Source of the DNA: Lama glama
Lineage: Eukaryota
Length of the DNA stretch: 64,000 nucleotides
Direction of reading: 5' to 3'
NCBI GenBank assembly: GCA_028534125.1
Contig: CM052816.1
Span: 69,752,001 to 69,816,000 of the forward strand
The notes under the pieces are model-generated. The model was not told where the DNA came from, made no database searches, and saw only the letters and a program-made list of their open reading frames with translations. The translations under genes and the position numbers were made by a program. Of this stretch, positions 51,159-63,300 are shown in pieces. Each line of letters starts with the position of its first letter. The stretch's first letter is position 1.

Positions 51159-53103
51159 TAATTCCTTCCTACTTGCAGTACAGCCAATACATATTCTAGA
51201 CGGAGAATTGATTGATACAGAAGATAGACTTCCTAAGAAACACTCAGTACACATTTGAAGTATTTGGGTTTCCTAATTGTTAAAATGTGATTGATTATTT
51301 TCCTTAAAATCTCTGCAAGAACTAGAGTCTTAAAGGGCTAGGATGCCTTTGTGGTGATTTGTATCCAGGTAATACTAATCTCCCAAACTCATTTTGTCTT
51401 TGTTTAAATGGCTGTGAAAGACAGGATATTTGCGGCCAGTAAATATATTTGAGCAATTCATTCTTATGACTTCCAAGCAGAATATTTTCTGTAATACCAG
51501 AAAAACTGCAAAGATTAAGCATACATTTTAAAGTTCCAAAAGTAAATATGTACACTGATTCAAATAATGTAACTATTTAGCACAAGGAAACACAGGAAGG
51601 AAGGCAGCCTTCCACAAGAACAGATTTATGAAGAGAAAAACTTTGATGGCATTAGTAACCAACTCAATGTCAGTAAGATGGAAAGTGAAATACAAGCATT
51701 AACATGAAATGTAAGGCTGTGGGAGGATACAGGAGATAGGTAATACTTTCATACTGAAAATTATTAGAAAACAATAGTTCCCTAAGTGAAAGGAAAGGTC
51801 AGGGTACTTGAATGAAAAATAACAATTGCCTTTTTATTCAGCATGACAATGACTTCATTTGGAGCTCTTCCTAAACCTAATCTGATTAATGATGCTTGAA
51901 ATATGCTTAATTTGGGTAGTTGAGGGAAGTATATTCCGGAAGAAATGCAACCAAGAAACACACCATTTGGTTGTGAGTCTGAGAGTCTTCACTGTAACTG
52001 ACCTAGACCTAGAGGAAATCTCCAATACATTGAAGAATTTTAGTATAATTTTATGATGCTGGGAAATCTGTATAGAAAATGGGAAAGATTCTCATAACCA
52101 TAGAAAAATCATTCTAATTCATCCTGATTAACTCTAAGCAGAGAAACAGTGAACTAAGGCTAGCATGATTAGGTACCAAAGTAATGACTACTATAAATAC
52201 CAAAAAGAAGATTTTTTTTTAACGTTTAAACAACCTGGTTAACAGATGGTTGGGACTTCTTAGGACAAAAGATTGATGTGTGCAAAATAATATAAGGGTT
52301 ATTGATCAGAAAATGTATACAGGCTATTGTAGAAATATTTGATGCCTTAGTTTTTTGTCCAACAAAGTAAGAGTGTTTACCGATGCATGCAGTGGGAAGG
52401 TAAGTATGTCCTACTGTAGTTGAGTTGCTCACCAAGTGTTTTTGGTGTCATAGATATTACAAGCCAGCTTACATTTAAAATTTTTTTCACAATGTTAACC
52501 AAGGGGAGCTCTGGATAAACCACCTCTTGTAACTAAAAAGGAAAAGAAACAGAGCAGAAAAAATGACATATTGGAAGAGACATACAAATGAGAGCCAAAT
52601 TAAAATTAAACATTTTGCATGTTTATGGACTGTCCTAAATTCTAAATACCATATTATTTGAGGGTGTTTATCTTAACAATCCTCTGGATCGAGAGAAAAT
52701 TTTTTCAGCATTTTAGTATTATGTGTATCTCTGACAGTGAACTGTTTTATTTCTGTTCTCATAAGAACAAATATGAACACTGATCTGACCTCAGTATGAA
52801 CGGCCCTGGCAGTTGCTGAGCCCCAAGTGGTAATGATCTTGCTGTTGTACCAGGTGTGGACTGGGAGGACCACTAACGTTCCTGTGCTTTCTTTGCCCTT
52901 CCGTAGCCTGCCCCTGATTACAGACTTGGCACATCGTTGATGGTGGTATTGTTATTTTGATAACTTATTTCCCACTTCCATGGGGTCTTTCCTCTTATGT
53001 ATTGAACGTTGTTTAATCTACTGACCTAAGAGTTATCCTAGAAAAGAAAAACCAGAGTAAATGTGCTAAAAACCAAATGAGACTTTTTAACCCCACTTCA
53101 GAC

Positions 53104-53140
53104 TGTGTGTGCGCGCACGCGCCCGTGCGTGTGTGTGTGT
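53104..53140 (+). repeat. Alternating purine/pyrimidine TG/CG tract
   Basis: tgtgtgtgcgcgcacgcgcccgtgcgtgtgtgtgtgt. Confidence 0.9.
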
Positions 53141-53220
53141 TGTACTGATTCCATGATAACCTTTTATCCCCTGGACACTTAATTTGTCATTGCGGACATC
53201 TGTGCTTAGGGCGCGAAGGC

Positions 53221-53482
53221 CCATTTTGTATGTGGTCACCATGCCAGAGGTGAAAGCCATTGCCATTAAGCCTCCGGGGAGGGAGAGCTCTTGGCAGGGT
53301 TCACTGTCAGTGGGTGTTTTTTTCAGTTCTGTCAGGTCTCTGTTCCCTTGGGGGAATTTGTACCCAAAGAGTATTGAGTTTTTTCTTTTGATTTTTTTCC
53401 AAAAGCATGTGTTTTCTGCATTCCTATTTTATGCTTCTCTGCAAAGGAGGAACATTTTCTTTCCTTATTTGGTTTGGATTTG
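53221..53482. promoter_or_regulatory. Putative enhancer, paralogous copy A (CArG, TEAD/MCAT, NFI half-sites, EBF-like)
   Basis: Block-wise homology to 57448-57719; CCTTATTTGG at 53463-53472; CATTCC at 53419-53424. The homology is seen directly; the function is inferred. Confidence 0.6.
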
Positions 53483-53779
53483 ATTAGCAATGTTTGGGAT
53501 TTGTTTCATCTTTTTAAAGTAAAACAAGCTAGAGGTAGCTGGGGTGATGGAAGTTGCACTGAGCAGGGAAGCAGAGCCCTGGTCCCAGCTTTTCCTCCAG
53601 CCAACCCCAGCAGAGGGGCTCACACAGCCTGAGTCCCATCGTTAGGTTGTATGCAGATGAAATGCATGGATAAATGAGAACACTGGGCACTCAACCTTTA
53701 ATAAACTTCCGAATTCTATAGTCCTTGTAATAATAATGATAGTAACAACAGTAGCAGTAGCAGCGATCGAGTTCTTCAT

Positions 53780-54190
53780 AGATGTTCTTTGTAATTCCCC
53801 TAACAACCCTGAAAGATAGCTGTGTATTACTTTTCAGGAAAGGAGGTAAGGTTTGCTCAATATCATACAGGTAGCAGATGGCAAAACCACAACTGAAATT
53901 TAAGCTGGTCCAGCGCCCGGCAATTGCCCCAGTACTCTGATTATCCAGCCTGGACGATAGGGTAGTAGTTGAGCACGTAAGTTTTAGAATCAGACAGTTC
54001 CGAGTTTGAAAGTCAGCTTTTCCCGCTTTCAAGGCATGTGACCTTGGGCAAGTTCTTTACCCTTTCTCTAGGCATTGTTAAACTGTGATGTGGGCAAAAA
54101 CCACATCTCCTTCACAAAGTTGTTGAGGATAAATGCACAAAACCATGTAAAGCACTTAAAGTGGACAGGTGTGAAGCAGATGGTAGCTTT
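53780..54190. mobile_element. Head-to-head MIR pair
   Basis: Minus MIR ~53780-53945; plus MIR ~53955-54190 ('gaatcagacagttccgagtttgaa...tgtgaccttgggcaagtt...catgtaaagcactt'). Confidence 0.7.
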
Positions 54191-57100
54191 TGCCCTTGGT
54201 TGCTTATTTTTAATCATTATTTCTAAGTAAAGAAGCCTAACGTGAAGATATTTATATAAAGAAATATTTATGATTATATTTTATATAAATATCAAGAAAT
54301 ACTGTTTTATTAGGTCTTATATATGCATCTCTTTCTAAATACAAATTTTTTCATAACCAATTTCTTTTTAAAATTTCCTTTCTCTTCTCTGAGATTACGA
54401 ATAAATGTCTGAGATTGTCTAAGATTTGTGGTGGTGTTACTGTTTGCTTTGGAGGAATATGGCCATCAGAGTGCAAATCAGCCATGAATAAATTCCCCTC
54501 CTGGTCCCCTCTTCCCCCCATCAGTTGGCCCTCTGCACCACCCAGATTTACCCAGGAATCCAGAAAACATTTAACCACATTTCAAAGGATTTGCTCTCAA
54601 AAACTGACGGAGAGCTTGCCATCCACTGGGCACTTTCCGAGGCACTGAGGTTGGGATATTTCCAAATGAAAAAGTCCACTAACTGTGCTCAAACAAAAGA
54701 ATGATGCATACTAGACATCCCTAAAGAGGATAAGCTTGCTTTTGTGTTCGTGAGTCAGCCAGTACCTGAACAGGATTCTGCCAGTATTTTCTTTTTCTTT
54801 CTTTCTTTCTTTCTTTTTTTTTTTTTTTTTTGTCAGTAACCTGAAACTGTTTAACTCGCCGACTTTCACAACTTCTCTTCATCACTAGTGTGGATGTCCC
54901 TATTAGCAGACATTGCTTCCGGCTGAGAGGAGGTATAAAGAAAAACTCCTTCGGTCACTGGGAAAGTAATCCAAGAAAAAGTGTTAGGATATGAGAGTGT
55001 TTACCGAGAAACGAGTAACACCCAAGGGACTGCTGTTACTTAATAGCTTTTTTACATTTGTTTATTAAGTGGCTTAATTCTTTACTTGGACACTGCTTTG
55101 CACCCACTATGTGGTAACAGTTATGAACTGTGATCCACTGTCCTTTTTCTCCCTGTTCATTCTTCAGTTCCATGTCTTTATTAAGGACATTTCTGAAAAA
55201 TGCCACCTTTGGGAAAGGGCTCTGGATTCACCCATGTGAGAACTCTTTTCTGCATAATTAGCCTAATTTTTTTTAAATCGAATCTTAGCCGTCATTGTCC
55301 CAGTGTGTTTTTAACTCTGTGATGTTACCAGCTTGAATATTGAATTTGAGGCAGTAAAACTTCCTAAAGAAAGATGTATACTGTGCTTTCTGCATCATCA
55401 CTGAAAAGAATTTTGCTTTGAAGCCCAGTGTGAACATTTAATTTTTATTTGCTATTATACAAGAGTCTCTTTGAGCTGACAAATATGAAAATATGACTGT
55501 GATTTCGGCAGGAGTCCAGAAACTTTAGAGAGAATGATGCTTTTATCTTTTGAAAGTCTTCTGACTACTGCATTATTCTATTAATAGATGGAAAATGGGT
55601 AATAACATCCTTCAAGGCCTTCTTCTATTGGAACTACTCTTCCTACAAACTAGAGAGAAAAGATGTGTGTGTCGAGTAGTTAAGAGTTTAATGTACATTT
55701 ATTTAAATCTCCTGTCTTTGGGCAGCTGTGAAATTGATTTAAGAGCTCTACGTGGCCCAGTTTCCTTTTTTATTTTTTTCTCCGGTTATATGCTATCCTC
55801 CCTAGAATTTCAGCTAAACAATAAAAAACAGTACTTTTAAGTTGATGTGCAGGTACATACTTAAGATTTCTTGTGAAATGGCAATAAAGAAGCCCTGAGC
55901 TAAATGGCAGCTTCCCTGGCATCCAGGAATTCTGCATCTGTTTTTGTAGCGTCCGCCAAGGGGTCCTGCACCGGGTACCGTGGCAAATAAAAGCAGTGCA
56001 GCTCACTCTCTCCTGTTGTAACAAATAACTAAAGATTTAATGAACGAGTAAGTGACACTCCAGAGGGGATTTTTTCCTAGATCAACCAAATGTACATACT
56101 GATCAGAGGAAACATTTCTATGAACATCTATCGAAAAGTCTTTAATTTAAGTAACTATAATAAATTCCATGTTTATTTAGAACCCCAGGTGAATCTTAGT
56201 GGTTTCTTTCTCATGCAAATTGTCAGAGTAAAACAACATGCAATTATTTTACCAATCCTGACTGATTTAGAGTTAGAGCTTAAAGGCCTCTGCCCACACC
56301 GCACTCATTTTTATAACTTTAGGAATCTTCAAAATCTGGATTTAGCCCTTTGGGCATTGCTAGTTAAGCCAGCTTTGGGGAATATCCTGCAAATGTCATT
56401 GTGCAGATATGCTATGTGGGCCTTCATCTTCTAAAACTGGAACTGAGCAACGTAGAAGAAAGGGTAGATTCTCATTGGGAGAGATCCTAAACTTGATGTG
56501 TATTGAGGTGAGCTTTGTTAGTGTTCATTCTAATACGTGTGAATGCTTTCTCTTAACGTTCACTGGTAAAAGGAAAGCTTTCTCCTGACAGTCAGGACCT
56601 GTGAGGGAATGCTGTTCACACTATACCATTCCTGTGTCCTATGTCCTTTTCCCTTCTAGATTCAATTAGTCCTTTTTCTCAGGGGGTAATTCTACACATG
56701 GCTTCATGCCTTGATTTTGGAAGATTCTTGGAGAGCCTGAAACAAAGGTGGGTAGGGTTATTGTTTTTGGAAAAGGCCCTGAAGTTTGTCCCAAGAAGTG
56801 ATGTCATGGAAAGAGTGCCGCAGAGATGTGTGGTCCTATTCTAAATGAAAGTTTTTCATTCGTTTGTTTGTTAGAAACTACAGCGTTGATTCTGTGATTT
56901 ATATATCCTTTCAAATAAGCCCAGTTATACCCAATGAATTTGGAGACATTCGGGAGACAAGAGGGTTTATAAGACAGGGCTCTGTTAGAAGTGCATCAGA
57001 AATGGATAGGGCTTTAAATGTCCTTCGCCCCAGCTCTACATTTCACTTGCAGTTTCTTGAGCTCCTCCATCTTTGACAATCTCATCTTTAGCCTCTATTT

Positions 57101-57447
57101 GCAAATCTCCATTCCCCGTAATCTGCTTTGTTACTGCCAACCATTTCTTCCCATTTCAAAGGCTTCATTAACTCCCCACTGACAGTGTGTCCAGCATTAC
57201 CTATAACCAATATCACAGTGAATGATAAAGACCACAAACATTGGCTCCAGCCTGCTTTCAGTTTCCAAATTTGGCTTTCACCCAGTACTTCTGATCAAGG
57301 CACAGAGTCTTCCAGAATGTTTATAATTCTGTAGCACCACTTCATTGGCGTAAATTCGTTCCTCAACCCAGATGGTGATCCGCTTATGAAGGTTTTTTCT
57401 TCCTTGCTTATTTGTTATTTCAAAGCCTGGGATTGGGAATAGTAGGT

Positions 57448-57719
57448 CCATTTTGTAACTGGTCTTTGTGCCAGAGGTAAAAGCCATTGGCAAAGCTCTT
57501 CAAAGAAGGGGGAGATGTTGGCAGGGCCAGGGGCTGGTGGGCGTTACTCAATTCCGTTTGGTTTATACTCCCTTGGGGGAATTTGTACCCAAAGCATTTT
57601 AAGTTTAGTTTTCTACTGCCTCCTCTCACCCTCCCCAAAAGCATATGTTTTCTGCATTCTTTGTCTCCTAGTTCTGTCTTAATAAGCGGAAGTTTCCTTC
57701 CTTATAAGGTTTAGATTTG
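57448..57719. promoter_or_regulatory. Putative enhancer, paralogous copy B
   Basis: Homologous to 53221-53482; CCTTATAAGG at 57700-57709, preceded by ETS-type GCGGAAGT; GCATTCT at 57654-57660. Confidence 0.6.
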
Positions 57720-60387
57720 TTTGAAAATTCTCATGGCTATGATTTTTTTTTGTAATGTAGCAACGTATGGGCACCAGAGCTGTCCCTTCTTAGTTTATCA
57801 AGTGAATACAAACGCTAATTTACAAAACTAAATTTTGGGATCCAGCGAAGTGTGGGCTAATCTCCAGAAACCATGCATTATGTAAAGTAATCATCAAGAC
57901 ATGGCAGTCTAAGGCCAGTGAGTGGGTTAGGGTAAGCCTGACCCATCAGAAAGAATGTCTCCCATTAAATAGCTACTGTGCCAAGTGTGCAGAATACAGA
58001 AGATGTGTAAGAAACAAGATGTCTAATCTGCCAACCTACATGTGTATTCGGGAGATAGTTATCAGAACAAACAAACACAAATAAAACCTACCTACGAGGT
58101 GAGAAAAAGAAAGGCTTGTGGGGTAGTGTTAGAAGGAATGAAGCACCTGACCTTTGGTCACTCTCATCTTGTTTGATCATCACTGGGTTTTTATGCTGTT
58201 GAGGAAATTGCAATGTAGTATGTAGGAAAATGTATATAGCTTTTTATATTATTTCTGTGATAAATGATGGAAGAAAATAAAGGTAACAATAATGAGAGAG
58301 ATGAGATTGGCTCCAATAAAGATGTCTATTGCTACAGCTTACTTTAAGAGGAAGATCCAATTTGAACCTAATGCCGAAACTATTCTCAAATCTGAAATAT
58401 AATATAAAAACAAAAGAAGGCTCCCTAACGACTTGTAAGAGACTACATCAAGCACACTACCTACATTGATGGAATTAAATTACTTAATCCTTCATTAAAT
58501 TTTAAATTATTTGTTTCAACAGAACAAATTGTATATACTATGTGTACTTGAAGTGGCTGGAAGACTGTTCACATAATAATTTGTGTATCTGGCATCCTGG
58601 CATCACACAGTACAAAACCTGTTGGGCCAGACACAGCAACCCAAGTTGGAGGAACAAGTAAATTTGGGAGAGTTTCCCCTCTAAGTTTCTCATCATAGTA
58701 TATGCCTATTTGTCAATAGCATATATTAATAGCATATAGCTAACATTAATCTGTCCTCTTTCTAAGCCAGGTAGAGCTGCGACTATCCATTAATGTTCAT
58801 AAGGATTTGATTTTGAGACTAATCACGATTTATGATTTATGAAAGCCTTAATTTATGACAGGTGTAAAGCATTCCATGTTTACACTGTTCCCTTTACTCG
58901 GTTGTTAAGAACATCATTATTTATTCTCACTGAACCCTTTCTAAGTAGAAGTAAAAAATGGAGGGTGAATCTAGTTTCCAGAATTCCTGAAGGAATCTGT
59001 GACGCTGTCTTTCTGCTTATTTGAATTGCTAGTATTTCAAACAGATTTCATTGAATTAAACTGGCATAAATATGGCTTATGTCCCTATACCAATTTATAT
59101 CTTTTCTTTGGGGAAACCAGTTGAATGTTAAAGGTTTTTATGATACTCAGTGATAGTGGATAATTTAAATAGTTAAATTTAATAGTTGTCTTATTCATAG
59201 GAATGTCTTCTATAGTCAGCATGTGCTTTAGTTTACCTAGGAAAATATTCCCCCAATATGTTGAGCAACCTAGATAGTATCTATTACTTAGTTTTGAAAT
59301 GAACTCTAATACCAAAAGCAAGATCGTCTACATTCTCTCTACTAAGTGTATCTCTTTCATTAACAGAAGTGATGCCTATTTTTATGGAATATTCACTGGC
59401 TCATTGAAATTTATGAGTGCAAAGCATGGTAAATTTCATCTCTCTCAAGTGACTCTTTCCTTCTCAGGCTCTTTGGAGCCCTGAAGATATCTCTCAGCTG
59501 ACCAAGAAATGTTGACAGGTTTGCAGGAACAGGAAGAGAAGCCACGGGTTGCTTCGTTAAGAGGAGATCTCTAGATAACATTCAAGTTTTAAGAGATACA
59601 GCAATAAAAGGGGTCTCCTTCTCTTTTCTCTTCTTTTTTTTTTTTTTCTGGTAGCCAACACAGTGTACACTGGATGGGAAGAGGCAGCCTATGTGGATAT
59701 GCATTTTGTAGATTTACTATGGAAATACTTTATTTTACTATTGAAAATTAATTTGAGCAGTACTAGTAATCCATCTTTATTTATGCCAGGTTCTCCAGGT
59801 ATTTAATATCATTGGGCTTTAATCTAAAATTCCTTATGAAATTATTAGGCTCTGCATTACTCATAGTTAATGGATCAGCCCATCTTAAGAACAGAGTGTA
59901 AAGAAAGAGAACACTTCAGTTAGCAGCAGCTATGTCCATAGTAAACTATCCTATGCTTTTTTCCTTCTCTTCAATAGAAGAGTAGCATCAATTCTGCTGT
60001 GCCTTTCTTCCCCATTTGCATGCTGCCACACTTGTGCCTTGCAAGGGCTGCTTTGATTGAGAAGCCAGACCAGCCTTTGCATCAGCTTGCAATGGTGGGA
60101 TCCACCCATTTATGGTAATACACTGAGCCTTCCACCCCAACTCATGGCCAAGTTCCTCAACACTGCTGTACATAAAATGTTTTGTTTTTATAGTGCTCTC
60201 AAATAAGAGAATTATCTTTCAGGATCTAAATTTAATAAAGGGGAATTAATCTTACACAATAATAGAAAAACTATTTTTTTAAACTGTTACTTATTTCTGA
60301 TTCAGTGGCTTGGTAAAAAGACTCATAGTTATTATTTGCTAACAAACATGTATAGTAAACTAGAGTTTTATAGCATCCAGAGAGTTC

Positions 60388-63300
60388 TTTTTTTTTAATT
60401 TTATTTTATTGAGTTACAGTCAGTTTACAATGTTGCATCAATTTCCACTGTAATGCACAATTTTTCAGTCATACATAAACATATATATGTTCATTGTCAC
60501 ATTCTTTTTCACCATGAGCAACCACAAGATCTTATATATATTTCCCTGTGCTATACAGTATAAACTTGTTTATCTATTCTATATATACCTGTCAGTATCT
60601 ACAAATTTCGAACTCCCACTCTGTCCCTTCCCACCCCCCTCCCCCCGGCAACCACAATTTTGTATTCTATATGTATATGAGTCTGTTTCTGTTTTATATT
60701 TAAGTTCATTTGTTGTCTTCAGTGATATCATACGGTATTTTCTTTCTCTTTCTGGCTTACTTTACTTAGAATGACATTCTCCAGGGGCATGCTACAAATG
60801 GCATTATGTTGTCATTTTTATGGCTGAATAGTATTCCATTGTATAAATATACCACAGCTTCTTTATCCAGTCAGCTGTCGATGGACATTTAGGCTGTTTC
60901 CATGTCTTGGCTATTGTAAATAGTGCTGCTGTGGATATTGGAGTGCAGGTGTCTTTTTGAAGTAGGGTTCCTTCTGGATATATGCCCAGAAGTGGGATGA
61001 CTGGGTCATATGGTAAGTCTATTCCTAGTCTTTTGAGGAATCTCCATACTGTTTTCCACAGTGGCTGCACCAAACTGAATTCCCACCAGCAGTGTAGGGT
61101 TCCCTTTTCTCTGCAGCCTTTCCAGCATTTGTCATTTGTGGACTTTTGAATGATGGTCATTCTGACTGGTGTGAGGTCATACCTCATTGTAGTTTTGATT
61201 TGAATTTCTCTGATAATTAGTGATGTTGAGCATTTTTTTCATATGCCTGTTGATCATTCATATGTCTTCTTTGGAGAATTGCTTGTTTAGGTCTTCTGCC
61301 CATTTTTGGATTGGTTTGTTTGTTTGTTTCTTATTAAGTTGTATGAGCTGCTTATATATTCTGGAGATCAGGCCTTTGTCGGTTTCATCATTTGCAAAAA
61401 TTTTCTCCCATTCCTTAGGTTGTTGTTTTGTTTTACTTATGTTTTCCTTTGCTGCACAGAAGCTTGCAAGTTTAATTAGGTCCCATTTGTTTATTCTTGC
61501 TTTTATTTCATTGCTTGGGTAGACTGCCCTAGGAGAACATTTTTGAGATGTATGTCAGATAATGTTTTGCCTATATTTTCTTCTAGGAGGTTTATTGTAT
61601 CTTGTCTTATGTTTAAGTCTTTGATCCATTTAGAGTATTTTTGTGTACGGTGTAAGGGAGTGTTCTAGCTTCATTGATTTACATGCTGCTGTCCAGTTTT
61701 CCCAACACCATATGCTAAAGAGACTTTCTTTATTCCATTGTATGTTCTTGCCTCCTTTGTTGAAGATTAGTTGACCAAAAGTTTGTGGGTTCATTTCTGT
61801 ACTGTCTATTCTGGTCCAATGATCCATATGTCTGTTTTTGTACTAATACCATGCTGTCATGACTACTGTAGCTCTGTAGTATTGTCTGAAGTCTGGGAGG
61901 GTTATTCCTCCAGCCTCTTTCTTCTTCTTCAGTAATGCTTTAGCAATTCTGAGTCTTTTGTGATTCTATATAAATTTTATTATGATTTGTTCTACTTCTG
62001 TGAAGTATTTCCTGGGTAATTTGATAGGGATTGTATTAAATCTGTAGACTGCCTTGGGCAGTATGACCATTTTAACAATATTGATTCTTCCAATCCAGGA
62101 GCATGGGATATCTTTCCATTTTTTTAAGTTTTTAATTTCCTTAAGCAATGTTTTATAGTTCTCCGTGTATAATTCTTTCACCTCCTTGGTTAGATTTATT
62201 CCTAGGTATTTTATTACTTTGGGTGCTATTTTAAAAGGGATTGTTCCTTTACTTTCTTTTCCTGTTGATTCATCATTAGTGTAAAGAAATGCAACTGATT
62301 TTTGTACTTTAATCTTGTAACCTGCTACCTTGCTGAATTCTTTGATTAGTTCTAGTAGTTTTTGTGTGGAACTTTTAGGGTTTTCTATGTATAGCATCAT
62401 GTCATCTGCATATAGTGACAATTTTACCTCTCTTCCAACTTGGATCCTTTTTATTTCTTTCTCTTGCCTGATTGCTGTGGCTAGGACTTCCTTGATTTTG
62501 TTGAATAGGAGTGATGAGAATGGACAGCCTCGTCTTGTCCCAGATTTTAGTGGGAAGGTTTTCAGTTTTTCACTGTTGAGTACTATGCTGGCTGTAGGTT
62601 TGTCATATATAGCTTTTATTATGTTGAGATATGTTCCCTCTATATCCACTTTGGTGAGAGTTTTTATCATAAATTGGTGTTGAATTTTATCAAATGCTTT
62701 TTCTACATCTATTGAGATGATCATGTGGTTTTTGTCCTTTTCTCTTGTTGATGTGATGTATTACATTGATTGATTTGCATATGTTGAACCATCCTTGTGT
62801 CCCTGGGATGAACCCAAGTTGATCATGGTGTATAATCTTTTTTATGTGCTGTTGGATCCTATTTGCTAATATTTTGGTAAGGATTTTTGCATCTATGTTC
62901 ATCAGTGATATTGGTCTGTAATTCTCTTTTTTGGTAGTGTCTTTGTCTGGCTTTGGTATCAGGGTGATGGTGGCTTCATAGAATAAGTTTGGGAGTATTT
63001 CTTCCTTTTCAGTCTTCTGGAAGAGTTTGAGAAGGACAGGTATGAGTTCTTCTTTGTATGTTTGGTAGAATTCCCCAGTGAAGCTGTCTGGTCTTGGTCC
63101 CTATTTGTAGGGAGGTTTTTTATTGCTAATTTGATTTCATTTGTAGTGATCAGTTGGTTCAAGTAGTCAGTTTCTTCCTGATTCAGTCTTGGTGGACTGT
63201 ATGTTTCCAAAAATTTGTCCATTTCTTCTAGGTTATCCATTTTGTTTCCATATAGTTCTTCATAGTATTCCCATATGATATTTTGTATTTCTGTGATATT

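Noticed and set aside
53221..53482. Twin elements as paralogous snoRNA or miRNA genes
   Set aside because: I could not find shared C/D or H/ACA box architecture or a long conserved stem on either strand. The conserved blocks fit DNA-binding motifs better. An Rfam/Infernal search would settle this.
167..60173. The many 60-135 aa ORFs in the supplied track
   Set aside because: No recognisable domains. Many use non-ATG starts or overlap repeats and low-complexity DNA, as expected by chance.
61279..61288. CArG-type CCATTTTTGG
   Set aside because: Lies inside the young L1 ORF2 with no supporting context.
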